Assembly (NCBI GenBank): GCA_025965735.1
Contig: JAOPWK010000076.1
Coordinates: forward strand, 1-34,950
Direction of reading: 5' to 3'
Source: Frankiales bacterium
GTDB taxonomy: Bacteria; Actinomycetota; Actinomycetes; Mycobacteriales; SCTD01
DNA length: 34,950 nt
Each line of letters opens with the position of its first letter. The stretch's first letter is position 1. Under the pieces are notes generated by a model. The model had not been told where the DNA came from. It was given only the letters and a program-made list of their open reading frames with translations, and ran no database searches. The translations under genes and the position numbers were made by a program. This document shows positions 33,646-34,950 of this stretch, piece by piece.

Positions 33646-34950
33646 TCAGCCCGCGGTGGTGAAGCGCAGGACCGGCCCCAGCGGCGCGCACAGTCCGGCG
33701 GCGTTGCAGGAGCGGGCAGCCCACTCGTACGTCGTCGCGGGACGCAGCCGGTCGCCGCCGATTCGGTAGGAGACCGACGTGCCGGACACGCCCTTGACGC
33801 CCGCACCGTTCAGGACGTCCCACGTCGTGGCACCGCGCGTGCGCACGTGGAAGCGCGTCTCGAGGACCCCTCCGACGCGGTCGCGCCCGAGCACGCTCAG
33901 CACCGGTGCGAGCGGGACCCCGTTCGCAGCGGGAGCCGGCGCGTGACGCGTGGCGGGCACGGGGGCGTTGACCGTCCGCTTGAGCGACAGCACGCGGCGG
34001 ACGCTGGCAGCCGCTGCGGCACGTGGGTACTCCCCGCGCGAGATCGCGGCGGCGACGGCGTCGACCACCGGCCGCGGACCCGGCCCGGGGTCGATCAAGA
34101 CGACGTCCGCGCCGGCCCGCAGAGCGCGCACCGCAGCCTTGGCCGGCGTCAGGCCCAGCCCCCGGATCGCGCCCATCGACAGGGAGTCGGTCATGAGCAC
34201 GCGGCTCCCGCCGGCCCGGGCGCGCAGGTAACGGTAGGCCGGCGCCGACAGCGTCGCTGGGGTGCCGGCTCCGGTCAGCCCCGGCACGGTCAGGTGCCCG
34301 ACCATGACCGGGACGCTGCCGGCGCGCAGCACCGCGTCGAACGGCTTGAGGTCGCGCCCCTCGAGCACGGCGAGCGGCGGCGTCACCGCCGCGCCGTCGT
34401 GCGTGTTGACCGCCTGCCCGTGACCGGGCCAGTGCTTGACGACAGGGACGACACGGGAGGAGCGGATGCCCGCTGACCAGGCCCCGGCGTAGGCGCCGGC
34501 TGCGGCCGGGTCAGCCGAGAAGGCGCGGTCGGTGCGCTGCAGGTAGTAGCCGCGGACGCGGAGGTCGGCCACCGGTCCCAGGTCGAGGTCGACGCCGAGC
34601 CGCCGCATGCCCTGGCCGTAGGCCGCCGCGATGCTGCGGACCTGCTCGGGGGTGCGACGCCGGCCGTGGTCGCCGGCGGACGGCAGCGGGCCGAGCACGG
34701 GGCGCAGCCGCTGCACCTGGCCACCCTCCTCGTCGGACGCGACGAACGGGACCGTGACGCCCGTGGCGCGCAGCCGCGCGATCCGCTGGGCGAGGTCCGC
34801 GGGCGGCCGGCCGAACAGGATGACGCCGCCGAGGCCCTCGCGCAGGTGCGGCAGCGCGCGGTCGGTGCGGTTCATGTCGTAGCCGGCGAGCACGAGCTGC
34901 GCCGCGAGCCGGCGCGGCGACCAGCCGGCGAGGTCGTCGGCCGGAGCGGC
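33646..34950 (-). CDS. Glycoside hydrolase family 3 (NagZ-like beta-N-acetylhexosaminidase) with a C-terminal beta-rich extension. The 5' end is outside the window.
   Basis: ...LAAQLVLAGYDM...GGVILFG...VASDEEGGQVQRL...DLGPVADL...RAFS...VKHWPGHG...VMVGH...LMTDSLSMGAI are GH3 N-domain motifs. The frame is open to 34950; the track start at 34893 is an internal GTG. Confidence 0.82.
   Translation of the reverse strand, partial: AAPADDLAGWSPRRLAAQLVLAGYDMNRTDRALPHLREGLGGVILFGRPPADLAQRIARLRATGVTVPFVASDEEGGQVQRLRPVLGPLPSAGDHGRRRTPEQVRSIAAAYGQGMRRLGVDLDLGPVADLRVRGYYLQRTDRAFSADPAAAGAYAGAWSAGIRSSRVVPVVKHWPGHGQAVNTHDGAAVTPPLAVLEGRDLKPFDAVLRAGSVPVMVGHLTVPGLTGAGTPATLSAPAYRYLRARAGGSRVLMTDSLSMGAIRGLGLTPAKAAVRALRAGADVVLIDPGPGPRPVVDAVAAAISRGEYPRAAAAASVRRVLSLKRTVNAPVPATRHAPAPAANGVPLAPVLSVLGRDRVGGVLETRFHVRTRGATTWDVLNGAGVKGVSGTSVSYRIGGDRLRPATTYEWAARSCNAAGLCAPLGPVLRFTTAG

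Overview
High-GC (roughly 70%+) actinobacterial chromosomal window with dense coding on both strands and many spurious long ORFs in wrong frames. The right half matches the conserved Streptomyces-type neighbourhood bldC / conserved hypothetical / valine dehydrogenase / DUF3073 / purM-purF / purL-purQ-purS. The left end is a phosphate-scavenging and envelope block: TAT-exported PhoD, DUF47-Pit, two paralogous MMPL transporters separated by a glycerophosphodiester phosphodiesterase, then TetR, DoxX and a lipoprotein. The middle holds tRNA-Lys with an adjacent decayed HNH-like gene, a GntR regulator divergent from an epimerase/GT2/DUF2064 operon, and a tRNA Glu-Asp-Phe cluster. The most interesting region is 14981-20717, between tRNA-Phe and bldC. 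It is a compact signalling cluster bracketed by two paralogous unknown proteins that both end in ...LDAVNRR. It contains a GGDEF cyclase, an EAL phosphodiesterase with an extra C-terminal domain, and an ORF absent from the track: a 32-aa Sec-type pre-peptide. That ORF has its own promoter-like element, a strong SD and a 13-bp hairpin, and lies just upstream of a ~7-TM HisKA_3 histidine kinase and a LuxR/NarL response regulator. I read this as a candidate exported-peptide / two-component / c-di-GMP module that is not a recognised system. A second oddity is an RsbW/SpoIIAB-like serine kinase gene tightly inserted between purS and purQ. No CRISPR array, integrase, transposase or rRNA was seen.
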